Shown: positions 35,685 through 45,666 of the stretch, piece by piece
Position numbering within the stretch: the first letter of the stretch is position 1
Layout: every line of letters starts with the position of its first letter
Assembly: GCA_022729705.1 (NCBI GenBank)
Contig: DZAX01000005.1
Coordinates: 11,704-75,703, forward strand
DNA length: 64,000 bases
Direction of reading: 5' to 3'
Origin: Helicobacter cetorum
GTDB taxonomy: Bacteria; Campylobacterota; Campylobacteria; Campylobacterales; UBA6016
Notes under the pieces: model-generated
What the model saw: the letters and a program-made list of their open reading frames with translations, nothing else
The model's database searches: none
Told to the model about the DNA's origin: nothing
Translations under genes and position numbers: made by a program

Positions 35685-36376
35685 TAAACTTTGAAAAGAT
35701 ACTCGTAAGAGACGGAGCGCATACTCTTGTAGATATAGATTTTAGCTTTCAAAGCTCTATGGCGATAGTGGGTGAAAGCGGCAGCGGAAAGTCTCTTACC
35801 CTTAAGGCGATAATGGGAATTTTACCAAAAGAGTTAAGCTCTGAAGTAAAAATCTCTGGAGTGGAGGCGCTAAAAAGAGGGGAAAATATCGCTTTTGCGC
35901 CGCAAAACCCTTTTACAGCCCTCTCACCTATGAGCAAAATAAAAAAACAGTTTTGGGGCGTAGAGAAGCAAAAAGCGGAGCTTCTTTTGAAGCAAACAGG
36001 GCTTGACGCCTCATGCCTAGATAGATTCCCATCAGAACTTAGCGGAGGTCAGCTTCAACGGGTTATAATAGCCTTATCGCTTAGTCAAAACCCAAAAGTT
36101 TTATTGATGGACGAGCCGACAACCGCGCTTGATAGCGAGACAAAATCTGAGATAATAAAGCTTATAAGAGAGCTAAGAGAGACATTAGGATTTTATTTGA
36201 TATTTGTAACGCATGAGATTTTTTTGGCAAAAGAGCTTTGTATGGAAATCATGGTGATAAAAGATGGAAAAAAAATAGAGTTTGGCGACTCTAGCCATAT
36301 TTTCAAGGCTCCAAAAGAAGAGTACACAAGACAACTCTTGGCGGCGGACTTTAGCGCAAGGGCGTTTAGACGATGA
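35681..36376 (+). CDS. ABC transporter ATP-binding protein (231 aa, TTG start)
   Basis: Walker A GESGSGKS, signature LSGGQLQRV, Walker B LLLMDEPT. Confidence 0.85.
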   Translation: MINFEKILVRDGAHTLVDIDFSFQSSMAIVGESGSGKSLTLKAIMGILPKELSSEVKISGVEALKRGENIAFAPQNPFTALSPMSKIKKQFWGVEKQKAELLLKQTGLDASCLDRFPSELSGGQLQRVIIALSLSQNPKVLLMDEPTTALDSETKSEIIKLIRELRETLGFYLIFVTHEIFLAKELCMEIMVIKDGKKIEFGDSSHIFKAPKEEYTRQLLAADFSARAFRR

Positions 36377-38271
36377 AAAGATATCTTGTTGCGATTGCGC
36401 TTTTGACTACGGCGTTTATAACGGCTATGGTAATATATTTTTACCGCTCTTTTAGCTACGACCTTGATAAACTAATCCATTTTAACCCGCCGCTGAGCAC
36501 TCAAGTATTTGACACAAACGGCAAATTGGTGGCATATCTTTATGATTTTGAAAACAGGACATACGCAAGATATGACGAGATACCTAATCTTCTTATTGAG
36601 TCTTTGATAGCGACCGAAGATACGGCGTTCTTTGAGCATAAAGGGATAAGTTTTGAGGCTATTTTAAGAGCTATTGTAAAAGACGTTATAGCCGGAAAGG
36701 CTGTCGAGGGCGCAAGCACAATTACCCAGCAACTTGTCAAAACAACGCTTTTAACTAGAGAAAAAACAGTCGCTAGAAAAATAAAAGAGGCGTTTATCTC
36801 TTTTAAGATAGAAGAGAAGCTAACCAAGCAGCAGATTTTGGAGAGATACCTTAATCAGATATATTTTGGGCACGGTTATTATGGCGTCAAAACGGCGACA
36901 TGGGGATATTTTCGTAAGAACTTAGATCAGCTAACACTCAAGGAGGCGGCAATACTTGTAGGGCTACCTAGAGCTCCAAGCCATTATGATCCTGTAAAAA
37001 ACTTTGATGGAGCAAGCCAAAGAGCAAATACCGTCATCAACAGAATGAGATATTTGGGTTGGATTGACGACGCCTCATATCAAGCGGCAATCGCCGAACA
37101 ACCAAAAGTTTACAGCGAACCGATAGTATACAACAAAGCCCCATACGCCGTAGATGCAGCTATACGCTCGCTTATATCGCAGTATCCAGATATTAAAAAC
37201 GGCGGCTACAAGATAGATTTGACAATAGATTTAGGGTTGCAAGAAGCTGCAGATAGAGCCCTAATAGAACAATACAATGAGTCGGTAAGGACATACGCCG
37301 CAAAAACAGATATGTCAAGCTTTAACGGAGCGCTAATCTCTATAGAGCAATCGACTGGTAATATATTAGCGTTATCGGGGGGCGTAAGCTTTAGTAAAAG
37401 CCCATTTAATAGAGTGGTACAGGCAAAAAGACAAGCTGGGTCTAGCTTTAAGCCCTTTATATACCTAATAGGCGTAAATACGGGCTCTTTCACGTCCAGA
37501 AGCCTACTGTCGGATACGCCAAAAAGCTATACATTTGGAGGAAGGGCTTGGAATCCGCAAAACTACGACCTTAAATATGACGGTATGATAACAATGAGGG
37601 AAGCGCTTATACACTCAAAAAACCTTGCCACTATAGATTTGGTTGAGAGGATTGGAATGAGTGCCGTCAAAAAAGAGCTTATACGATACGGCTTTTCGGG
37701 AGTTCAAAGCGACCTCTCCGTGGCGCTTGGAAGCTATACAATCTCGCCTTACGAGCTTAGCGAAGCCTATACCATAATATCAAACTATGGGGTAAAAGTT
37801 ACTCAAAATATAGTCAAAAGTATTAAAACCAGAAACGGTCAAAGCGTTTCATTTGAATCCAAAAAAGAGCGAATGGTTGACCCAAAATATGCTTACGCTG
37901 TTATAGACATAATGAAAGACGTCGTAACAAGAGGCACTGGCGCAAGAGCCGCAACGCCAGGCACGGAAGTAGCCGGCAAAACCGGAACTACAAACGACTA
38001 TAGAGACGCTTGGTTTTGCGGTTTTACCCCAGGGGTGCAAACGGTAATTTGGTTTGGCAACGACAATAACAAACCGCTTCCCGGCAAAATGACCGGCGGA
38101 GTAGTTGCGGCTCCTGTGTTTGCTAAATACACAACAGAGCTCTTATTGCGCAGACCCGGATTAAGGCGAGAGTTTTTTAATCCCGGGGGACTTGTAGAAG
38201 AAACGCCGCCTGAAAACAACGCAACAACACTTGACGGCGGAGCGTCTGATGATACAAACAGTAGCGATTAG
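36373..38271 (+). CDS. class A penicillin-binding protein (glycosyltransferase + transpeptidase, 632 aa)
   Basis: GT51 motifs EDTAFFEHKGI and RKIKEA. Transpeptidase motifs SSFKP, SKN and KTGTT. The stop codon lies inside a repeat copy. Confidence 0.9.
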   Translation: MKRYLVAIALLTTAFITAMVIYFYRSFSYDLDKLIHFNPPLSTQVFDTNGKLVAYLYDFENRTYARYDEIPNLLIESLIATEDTAFFEHKGISFEAILRAIVKDVIAGKAVEGASTITQQLVKTTLLTREKTVARKIKEAFISFKIEEKLTKQQILERYLNQIYFGHGYYGVKTATWGYFRKNLDQLTLKEAAILVGLPRAPSHYDPVKNFDGASQRANTVINRMRYLGWIDDASYQAAIAEQPKVYSEPIVYNKAPYAVDAAIRSLISQYPDIKNGGYKIDLTIDLGLQEAADRALIEQYNESVRTYAAKTDMSSFNGALISIEQSTGNILALSGGVSFSKSPFNRVVQAKRQAGSSFKPFIYLIGVNTGSFTSRSLLSDTPKSYTFGGRAWNPQNYDLKYDGMITMREALIHSKNLATIDLVERIGMSAVKKELIRYGFSGVQSDLSVALGSYTISPYELSEAYTIISNYGVKVTQNIVKSIKTRNGQSVSFESKKERMVDPKYAYAVIDIMKDVVTRGTGARAATPGTEVAGKTGTTNDYRDAWFCGFTPGVQTVIWFGNDNNKPLPGKMTGGVVAAPVFAKYTTELLLRRPGLRREFFNPGGLVEETPPENNATTLDGGASDDTNSSD

Positions 38272-38312
38272 CCCCTGCCGCAAATACGGGCTTTGCTCGT
38301 GTTTGCACGTAA
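38266..38312 (-). repeat. partial mosaic hairpin repeat overlapping the PBP stop codon
   Basis: cgattagcccctgccgcaaatacgggctttgctcgtgtttgcacgtaac compared with ggggcgattagcccctgctgcaaatacgggcgttgcgcgtgtttgcgcgtaac at 45873-45935. Confidence 0.8.
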
Positions 38313-38389
38313 CTTCAGTTTCTTAAAACCATTTTTGGCTAAAATCAAGTTAATGTAGCAAAAGATAAAAAAGCAGAAAAAGGGAAAGA

Positions 38390-38809
38390 TTGAAGTATTT
38401 TATAGCTAGCGACCATGCGGGAAAAAATTTAAGGGCGTTTACAAAAAAACTTTTAGAAGAAAAGGGTATTGAAGTTATTGATTTGGGATGTGAAGAGGAT
38501 AGAGTTGACTATCCTGACTTTGCAAATAAACTATGCGACTCTGTGCTTGCAAGCGAAGACTCAAAAGGTGTTTTAATATGCGGAAGTGGTATTGGCATGA
38601 GTATGTCCGCAAATAGACGCGTGGGCATTCGAGCGGCGCTTTGCCATGACGCATATACGGCGGCGGCGGCTAGAGCGCACAATGACGCAAATGTGCTTTG
38701 TATGGGCGAGAGAGCCATTGGTTTTGGGGTTGTCGAATCTATCATGGACGCATGGCTTAAGACTAGCTTTGAGGGCGGCAGACATGCGGATAGAATTGCA
38801 AAGTTTTGA
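38390..38809 (+). CDS. rpiB: ribose-5-phosphate isomerase B (139 aa, TTG start)
   Basis: IASDHAG, LICGSGIGMSMSANR and the RHA..R tail typical of RpiB/LacAB. Confidence 0.88.
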   Translation: MKYFIASDHAGKNLRAFTKKLLEEKGIEVIDLGCEEDRVDYPDFANKLCDSVLASEDSKGVLICGSGIGMSMSANRRVGIRAALCHDAYTAAAARAHNDANVLCMGERAIGFGVVESIMDAWLKTSFEGGRHADRIAKF

Positions 38810-38854
38810 TAACAACACCACTACGTCTTTTGGCGATTTCAGAGGAGATATAAA

Positions 38855-39184
38855 ATGTTAAATTGGCTCTTACTAAGCGCAAACTTTCTTCTTATGGGTT
38901 TTTTGGCGTTTAGAATGTACTACTACAAAAGCTTGTCCGAAAAAGAGAAAAACTCCACGGGCGCCACAAAAACGACTTTAGAAGAAGCAGAACACCTAAT
39001 TAGAAAATATCAGCTTCAATTTCAAAGAAGCCTTGGAGATATTGATATGTTAAACGAAGAGCTAAGCAAGCTTAGAAACGACGTTAAGACCATAAAAGGG
39101 CGAAATAGTCAGTTTAGAATAGAAAACGATAGGCTAAGAGGAAGAATAAAAGAGCTTGAAAATAAAATAGAGGCTTTGATTTGA
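38855..39184 (+). CDS. membrane-anchored coiled-coil protein (109 aa)
   Basis: One N-terminal TM followed by heptad-rich LNEELSKLRNDVKTIKG...RLRGRIKELENKIEAL. No family assigned. Confidence 0.5.
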   Translation: MLNWLLLSANFLLMGFLAFRMYYYKSLSEKEKNSTGATKTTLEEAEHLIRKYQLQFQRSLGDIDMLNEELSKLRNDVKTIKGRNSQFRIENDRLRGRIKELENKIEALI

Positions 39185-39185
39185 T

Positions 39186-39277
39186 GTTATACGCCAATAC
39201 GAGCAAAAGCTCGTATTGGCGGCAGGGACATAAATGTCCCTTGCAACCCCCTGAAGCTACCCGCATTCGCGGGAGAG
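39186..39277 (+). repeat. mosaic hairpin repeat (full unit)
   Basis: gttatacgccaatacgagcaaaagctcgtattggcggcagggacataaatgtcccttgcaaccccctgaagctacccgcattcgcgggagag. Confidence 0.9.
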
Positions 39278-39327
39278 TAGAAAAAAGGGATTCGGTTAGT
39301 TATTTAATTAATTACTAAGGATATGTG

Positions 39328-39876
39328 ATGAAAGTATTGAGCGAAGAGAAAAGAAATATTATAGTCTCGTCTATACGTGATGTGCCTGATTTTCCAAAAC
39401 CGGGCATAATGTTTAAAGATATTAGTACGCTTTTGAATAACAAAGAGGCGTATTCGGCTTTGATGGGGCATTTAAACGATAGATATAGCGACTTTAACCT
39501 TGACTTTATCGCTGGTATCGAAAGCAGAGGCTTTATATTTGGCTCTGCGCTTGCCGCCTCCCTTGGGCTTGGTTTTGTGCCTATAAGAAAACCGGGGAAA
39601 CTGCCTAGTACCGTAGTAAGCGAAAAATACTCTCTTGAGTACGGGGTGGACGAAGTTCAGATACATATTGACGCTTTTAGGGGCATAGATGGCGCAAGAG
39701 TGCTTTTGGTGGACGACCTTATAGCCACGGGCGGCACAGCTGTAGCCGCAACAAACCTCATCAATAAAGCCGGCGGCAAGTGCATTGAGGCTTGTTTTGT
39801 AGTAGAGCTTGGGTTTTTACCGGGCAGAGGCAAGCTAGAGAGCCTTACCGATGTTTATTCTATTTTGACGGTATAG
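39328..39876 (+). CDS. apt: adenine phosphoribosyltransferase (182 aa)
   Basis: [10 protein letters not shown] and the PRPP motif [14 protein letters not shown]. Confidence 0.9.
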   Translation: MKVLSEEKRNIIVSSIRDVPDFPKPGIMFKDISTLLNNKEAYSALMGHLNDRYSDFNLDFIAGIESRGFIFGSALAASLGLGFVPIRKPGKLPSTVVSEKYSLEYGVDEVQIHIDAFRGIDGARVLLVDDLIATGGTAVAATNLINKAGGKCIEACFVVELGFLPGRGKLESLTDVYSILTV

Positions 39877-39883
39877 GGGATTT

Positions 39884-40486
39884 ATGGAAGAGGCTCTTGT
39901 AACATTACTAAGCGAGTACGGCTATCCTATTTTGTTTGTGTGGAGCATGATGGAGGGCGAACTTGGGCTTGTCATGGCTGGGCTTCTTTCTCATACCGGG
40001 CATATGAATCTATTTATTGCGATTTTTATCGCCGGAGTGGGCGGTTTTTTTGGTGATCAATTTTGGTTTTATATTGGTAGATACAACAAAAAATACACCC
40101 TCAACTACTTTAGATCACACCGTAGAAAAGTCGCCCTAGCGCATCTTTTGCTAAAAAAACACGGTTGGCCTATTATATTTATCCAACGCTACCTTTACGG
40201 TTTGCGCTCCATCATACCGATGGCGATAGGCACTACAAAATACGATAAAAAAAAGTTTGCTATTATAAATCTTATTAGCGCGTTTATCTGGGCGGCTATT
40301 ACAATACTTCTTACATACTATTTTGGCGAACCAATACTGCATGGGTTGCAATATATCAAAAGCCACTGGTATTTCGCTGTACCGTTTGCGGCTCTTTTTA
40401 TAAGCGCATTTTATTACTACCTTCACAGAGTTTCAAGACAAAAACCAAAGACAACAGGAGTCGCCATCAATGACAATAACATTTAG
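39884..40486 (+). CDS. DedA-family membrane protein (200 aa)
   Basis: YGYPILFVWSMMEGE...G and a RY.YG.R motif typical of DedA/SNARE-associated proteins. Confidence 0.75.
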   Translation: MEEALVTLLSEYGYPILFVWSMMEGELGLVMAGLLSHTGHMNLFIAIFIAGVGGFFGDQFWFYIGRYNKKYTLNYFRSHRRKVALAHLLLKKHGWPIIFIQRYLYGLRSIIPMAIGTTKYDKKKFAIINLISAFIWAAITILLTYYFGEPILHGLQYIKSHWYFAVPFAALFISAFYYYLHRVSRQKPKTTGVAINDNNI

Positions 40487-41933
40487 TAACGAACAAATAT
40501 CGACGCTAAAAGCGGATATACAAATAGTTTTTATAGATAAAAAAGGCTGCGAAGACAAGACAGAACTAGAATGCGACATAGAAGCCCTAAAAGAGTCCGG
40601 CTTTTTTAAAGAAGCGGTAGAATCATGCTTTGCGAGCGGCTCAAAAACTCTATATATAAAACTAAAAGAGTTTAGTAGCGAAGAGATAAAAGTAGCCGCG
40701 TCAAAAGCGTATTTGGCTCTAAAAAACTTCACATTTACAAGCGCTAAGATAGAAGCCAATATCGACGCAAAACTGTTTTCACCTGCTTTTGCAGAAGGCG
40801 TTATCCTTGGTGGATACACGTTTGAGCGTTATAAAAGCGAAAAAACAGAGTTCTTATTGCAAACTATCCACATAACAAGCAAAAACCAATCTGAAAGCTG
40901 TGAAGAGGTAAATAAGATCATAGAAGAGGCGAGCGTTATCGCAAATAGCGTCAACTTCGTGCGAGACATCGTAAACTCAGCCCCGGATGACAGCACGCCG
41001 ATACATGTCGCCGATATAGCGGAGAGCGTCGCCAAAGAGGGCGGATTTGAATGTGCGCTCTACGATGAAAAGTTTTTAAAAGCTGAGTCCATGGGGGCGT
41101 TTTTGTCTGTAGCCAGAGCCTCCGCACACCCGCCAAGATTTGTACACCTAAGCTATACTCCAAAATTAGGGGCACCGACAAAGCGAATAGCCTTAATCGG
41201 CAAAGGCTTAACGTATGACAGCGGCGGTCTTAGCTTAAAACCAGCGGACTATATGGTAACAATGAAATCCGATAAAGCCGGAGCTTGCGCAGTAATCGGA
41301 ATCATGCAAGCGGTCGCAAAACTAAACCTAAATGTTGAAATACACGGCTTTTTGGGACTTTGTGAAAATATGATAGGCGGCAACGCATACAAACCAGACG
41401 ATGTCTTAAAAGCCAAAAACGGTAAAACTATAGAGATCAGAAACACCGACGCAGAGGGAAGACTAGTGCTAGCCGACGTGCTTTGCTACGCTCAAGAGTA
41501 CGCCAAAAAGTCATCACAACCATTTGACTATATGATAGATATGGCGACTCTTACAGGGGCGTGCGTAGTGGCTTTGGGCGAATACACAAGCGGTGTCATG
41601 GGTCACAGCGAAGAGCTAAAAAATATGCTATTAGACGCGGCAAACGAAGCCGATGATTTGATAGCTCCGCTACCGTTTAACAAACACCTAAAAAAACTTA
41701 TAAAAAGCGAAATAGCCGACATATCCAACTGCTCAAGCTCTCGCTACGGCGGCGCTATAACGGCGGCTATGTTTTTGGATGAGTTTGTAGAGGAAGAAAA
41801 TAAGCAAAAGTGGGCGCATCTGGATATAGCGGGTCCCTCATATGTAGAGAAAAGCTGGGGATACAATCCACATGGAGCCACGGGCGCACCTGTGAGAACT
41901 ATTGTTAGGTTTTTGATAAAGCTTCAAGGATAG
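40470..41933 (+). CDS. pepA: leucyl aminopeptidase, M17 family (487 aa)
   Basis: GKGLTYDSGGLSLKP and NTDAEGRLVLAD signature. Confidence 0.9.
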   Translation: MTITFSNEQISTLKADIQIVFIDKKGCEDKTELECDIEALKESGFFKEAVESCFASGSKTLYIKLKEFSSEEIKVAASKAYLALKNFTFTSAKIEANIDAKLFSPAFAEGVILGGYTFERYKSEKTEFLLQTIHITSKNQSESCEEVNKIIEEASVIANSVNFVRDIVNSAPDDSTPIHVADIAESVAKEGGFECALYDEKFLKAESMGAFLSVARASAHPPRFVHLSYTPKLGAPTKRIALIGKGLTYDSGGLSLKPADYMVTMKSDKAGACAVIGIMQAVAKLNLNVEIHGFLGLCENMIGGNAYKPDDVLKAKNGKTIEIRNTDAEGRLVLADVLCYAQEYAKKSSQPFDYMIDMATLTGACVVALGEYTSGVMGHSEELKNMLLDAANEADDLIAPLPFNKHLKKLIKSEIADISNCSSSRYGGAITAAMFLDEFVEEENKQKWAHLDIAGPSYVEKSWGYNPHGATGAPVRTIVRFLIKLQG

Positions 41934-42250
41934 TTGCTTGCACCACCATTGACTTAAGAAAATCGTCATTTTAGAGAAAGCGGGAATGACGAAATTTGGT
42001 GCCGATATGTTTAAACCAATGGTGCTAGACTCCTCTCGCCCTTATTGATCATGCACCGATCACGTTGAGAACAAGTATCTAAGCGTTAGAAGCTACGTGG
42101 TCTTGCATGTTGCAAGTAGCCGCTCCATTTGCGATATTACGTCGTTCTATGCGGCTACTCTCTTCTGGGTAAAAAAAGAAATAATGACTAAGCTATGCAC
42201 TTAAATAAAATCCGTTTGTTGGAAATTGGTTGCCCGTCATTAATGGTAAA

Positions 42251-42278
42251 AGCTCGGATTTTATCCCGAGCTTTTTTT
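42251..42278 (+). terminator. rho-independent terminator in an otherwise unannotated spacer
   Basis: agctcgg-attttatc-ccgagct followed by T7. No listed ORF ends upstream of it except pepA, 320 nt away. Confidence 0.6.
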
Positions 42279-42542
42279 AAGGAAAATAGGGAAAATAGGT
42301 GTCAGGCACTCTTTTGTTAAGACTCCTTATACTATACCGCTAGAAAAGTTTGACTCCAGCCCTGAACTTTTTAAAGGGTACCTCTAAAAACTATGTTTTT
42401 TCATAATGTGTTCAGTAGCAAAGCCAATGATTATAGGCTTTGTATAATTTAAAAAAGTGAAAAATAAGAGTTTTTAGAGGTGTCCTAAAGATAATCCGTA
42501 CCTGAAGTTTAGGGGGCTAAACATGGTACAACGTGGTGAAAC

Positions 42543-43667
42543 TTGACATCTATTGCTTTTAGCATATTTATAATTCTTGTTACGATTGTTTTATTTGTTG
42601 CAAATAAGCGTTTTATGCAAAATTCTACAGTTCAAATTTTAGATGGACTTTTGGAGTTTTTCGATTTTCTTACCCATAAACGCAAAGATGCTACAAAAAT
42701 TGATATTAACACAACAGATGAATTTGGCAAAATGGCAAAGGTTATTAACGAAAATATTGCCAAAATAGAGCATGATACAATTATGGACGCCGAACTTTTA
42801 AAAGATATTGCAAGATTTTGCTCTGAGCTTGGCAATGGTGACTTTTTATCTCAAATTAATAAAGATTCCAATACGTCAGACTTAATTACCCTTAAAAATC
42901 TACTTATCGAACTTCAGTATAAGCTTGAGCACAATATTTGCAATGATTTAAGAGTATTAGAAAATATCCTTACAAGCTATAAAAAATACGACTTTACACC
43001 AAGATTTCCTGATGCATATGGCAAAGTAGCCGTCGCTATAAATGAGCTTGGCGAAGAGATTTGTATAATGCTTAAATCAAGTTTACAAAATGGCAATATG
43101 CTAAAAGAAAAATCAGATATTTTAAAAGAGCAAATTACAATTTTATCTGACGCAACATCACACCAAGCTGCAACTTTAGAAGAAACGGCAGCGGCAATGG
43201 AAGGGATGGTGCATGCCATCACTGAAAATGCTTCAAAAACAGAAACCGTTATTGCTCAATCAGAAAACATCAAAGCAATTGTTGGCATTATTAATGATAT
43301 TGCAGACCAAACAAACCTTTTAGCTCTAAATGCAGCAATAGAGGCGGCAAGGGCTGGAGATCATGGGCGAGGCTTTGCCGTTGTTGCAGATGAGGTTAGA
43401 AAATTAGCAGAACGCACACAAAAAAGCTTATCTGAAATAAATGCAAATATAAGTATGCTAACGCAATCAATTCAAGATATTGGTGAAGCAACATCAGAGC
43501 AATCTAATGCCATTACTCAAATTACAATTGGCGTTACAGAGATTGATTCTGCTATGCAAAATAATGCAATGCTTGCAAATGAAGTAAGTGATGTTGCAAA
43601 AGCTGTTGCCGACATGTCTAATAAAATGCTAGAAGAAGCTGGGAACAAAAAATTTAGTTTCATTTGA
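42543..43667 (+). CDS. methyl-accepting chemotaxis protein, short form with one N-terminal TM and no periplasmic domain (374 aa, TTG start uncertain)
   Basis: Signalling hairpin [44 protein letters not shown]-like [14 protein letters not shown] after the TM. Confidence 0.8.
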   Translation: MTSIAFSIFIILVTIVLFVANKRFMQNSTVQILDGLLEFFDFLTHKRKDATKIDINTTDEFGKMAKVINENIAKIEHDTIMDAELLKDIARFCSELGNGDFLSQINKDSNTSDLITLKNLLIELQYKLEHNICNDLRVLENILTSYKKYDFTPRFPDAYGKVAVAINELGEEICIMLKSSLQNGNMLKEKSDILKEQITILSDATSHQAATLEETAAAMEGMVHAITENASKTETVIAQSENIKAIVGIINDIADQTNLLALNAAIEAARAGDHGRGFAVVADEVRKLAERTQKSLSEINANISMLTQSIQDIGEATSEQSNAITQITIGVTEIDSAMQNNAMLANEVSDVAKAVADMSNKMLEEAGNKKFSFI

Positions 43668-43716
43668 TGTATAATCTTTAAGGACAACAAAATCAGGAGC
43701 TTGCTATGGGCGGCGT

Positions 43717-43797
43717 AGCAATGACGAGGCTACTAAATATCTAAGCCAGCTTGGGTTGAATGCTAGCGAAGCGACTAGACTGTTTTTATATGGTGTT
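43717..43797 (+). pseudogene. possible relic of a RelB/DinJ-family antitoxin gene
   Basis: A stop-free frame reads SNDEATKYLSQLGLNASEATRLFLYGV, resembling the DinJ core (..A..vL..lGL..S.A...fL..V). It has no start codon and runs into the dprA 3' end. Confidence 0.3.
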
Positions 43798-43813
43798 GTT
43801 TTGCTTGAGGGTT

Positions 43814-44596
43814 CTATATTGTTTTTACAATGCCGTTTTTTATCTCCACTTTTCCATCTAGTTCAAGCTCATAAAGCTTTTCGCCGTATCTTGCAAAAAA
43901 ATCAGCGACGCTTGGTGCGCTCTTTGCAAATATCGCCCACTCTTTGGTTGGCTCTTCGGTAGATACACTTCCGCCAAGCGATTTGACAAAATCTTCGACG
44001 CCAAATATTGGCTTTGCAACGCCTTGCCTTAAAAGTCTGTTTGTTCCAAGGCTCTCGTCTATTCTATGCGCCAAGACAAAAAGAGGTATGTCATATTTTA
44101 GTGCGTATTCGGCGGAGCGCATAGAGCCGCTTTTTTCGTCCGCTTCGGCTATTACAAGCGCTTCGCTCATACCGACAACAAGCCTATTTCTATGTACAAA
44201 AGTGTAGTTGCGAGGTTTTTCATCGACATCGTATTCGCTAACGGCGAGAGAGTTTTGATATATTTGCTGTATAAGATTTTTGTTTGCCTCGGGGTAATAT
44301 ATATTTAGACCGCAAGGCATGACGGCTATTGTGGATGGCAAAGCTCCCTCATGTGCGCATGCGTCTATGCCCTCAGCCGCTCCGCTGACGACTGCAAAGC
44401 CGGAATTTGATAGTTGTTTTGCCAGTAAAAACGCTTGAGTTTTGGAGTATTTTGAGGCGCATCTTGCGCCGACTATTGCAATTTTTCGTTTTTCAAAAAT
44501 CGATTTGTCGCCTCTATAGTAGAGCTGCTTTGGTTTCTCTTTTGCAGGAATTTTATAAAAAACTTCTTCTAGTGTATCGTCAGTTAGTTTTTGCAA
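43814..44596 (-). CDS. dprA: DNA-processing protein DprA (260 aa)
   Basis: VSGAAEGIDACAHEGAL, YYPEANKNL, F..RNRLVVGMS..LVIAEADEKSGS..SAEYA. Confidence 0.85.
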   Translation of the reverse strand: MQKLTDDTLEEVFYKIPAKEKPKQLYYRGDKSIFEKRKIAIVGARCASKYSKTQAFLLAKQLSNSGFAVVSGAAEGIDACAHEGALPSTIAVMPCGLNIYYPEANKNLIQQIYQNSLAVSEYDVDEKPRNYTFVHRNRLVVGMSEALVIAEADEKSGSMRSAEYALKYDIPLFVLAHRIDESLGTNRLLRQGVAKPIFGVEDFVKSLGGSVSTEEPTKEWAIFAKSAPSVADFFARYGEKLYELELDGKVEIKNGIVKTI

Positions 44597-44843
44597 GATA
44601 CGAATCTTTGTCTAAGAAAATTTCAACCTCAAGCATTTCTATGTTTTTTTTATTTTCAGACTTTATTTTTATATCTTTGACTTTAGTGTATTTCTTGATG
44701 ACTTCCAAAATCTCCTGTTTCATCTCTTCCATTTGGGGCAAAAAATGTGCGCTTCTCTCAACCGCAAGCATTACCGTTAGACGGTCTTTTGCGATATTTG
44801 CGCTAGCCGATTTTTTGCCTAGCATCATATCGATTAGACTCAT
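44580..44843 (-). CDS. minE: cell division topological specificity factor MinE (87 aa)
   Basis: SA.IAKDRL.V.LA.ER N-terminal pattern. 4-nt overlap with minD. Confidence 0.85.
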   Translation of the reverse strand: MSLIDMMLGKKSASANIAKDRLTVMLAVERSAHFLPQMEEMKQEILEVIKKYTKVKDIKIKSENKKNIEMLEVEIFLDKDSYLAKTN

Positions 44844-45649
44844 TTAAACAATCCCTTAATCTTTGATAAAAACCCAGCTTTTTCGCTCAAATTAAGATAC
44901 TCAACGTCTTCACCCAATACTCTTTTTGCGATACGTCTATACGCTTCGCCAGATTTTGAGGTTAAATCGTGAATTACGGGTACGCCGGTATTTGTGGATG
45001 AAATGACTTTTTCATCATCCGGCACTACGCCTATGAGCCTTATGGCGAGTATTTGGAGTATGTCTTCTATTGAGAGCATATCGCCTCTCTCCATGAGATC
45101 CGGTTTTACGCGATTGACGATGAGCAATTTTTCTATCTCTTCGCCGTTTATCGCTTTTTCGCTTTTTGCGTCCATAATGCCTATCACTCTATCGGCATCT
45201 CTTACCGCCGACACGTCGGGCGTGGATATGACAAGAGCTTTATCCGCCAAAAATATAGCGTGTTCAAAACCGCTCTCTATTCCTGCGGGAGAGTCGATTA
45301 GGACGTAATCAAACTCTTTTTTTAGCTCCTCAAGCAGCTTTCTGACCTTCTCTTTTTCCAAGATGTTTTTGTCTTTTATCTGGCTTGCGGGCAAAAAGTA
45401 GAGCCCTTGAGTCTTTTTATCGGCGATAAGGGCTTGCGATAAGTTGCAATCACCCTCCATTACATTCACGACGTCGTAGACTATACGGTTTTCAAGTCCA
45501 AGTATCATGTCGAGGTTTCTAAGACCTATGTCAAAATCTATCGCTACGACTTTTTTGCCCTCTTTGGCAAGACCCGTAGCTACATTTGCGGTTGTCGTTG
45601 ACTTGCCAACCCCACCTTTTCCGCTCGTTACTGTAAGGATGACGCCCAT
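44840..45649 (-). CDS. minD: septum site-determining ATPase MinD (269 aa)
   Basis: Deviant Walker [26 protein letters not shown] and a C-terminal amphipathic helix. Confidence 0.95.
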   Translation of the reverse strand: MGVILTVTSGKGGVGKSTTTANVATGLAKEGKKVVAIDFDIGLRNLDMILGLENRIVYDVVNVMEGDCNLSQALIADKKTQGLYFLPASQIKDKNILEKEKVRKLLEELKKEFDYVLIDSPAGIESGFEHAIFLADKALVISTPDVSAVRDADRVIGIMDAKSEKAINGEEIEKLLIVNRVKPDLMERGDMLSIEDILQILAIRLIGVVPDDEKVISSTNTGVPVIHDLTSKSGEAYRRIAKRVLGEDVEYLNLSEKAGFLSKIKGLFK

Positions 45650-45666
45650 AAAAAGCCTTTAGAATT

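Noticed and set aside
42512-42523. A 12-nt match, gggggctaaaca, with its reverse complement tgtttagccccc at 57161-57172. There are also loosely similar aaggag-containing strings near 42318 and 57135. This could indicate two copies of an IS end.
   Set aside because: The matching pieces are not collinear between the two loci and flanking similarity is poor. A single 12-mer is insufficient. It is recorded only as something a genome-wide search could revisit.
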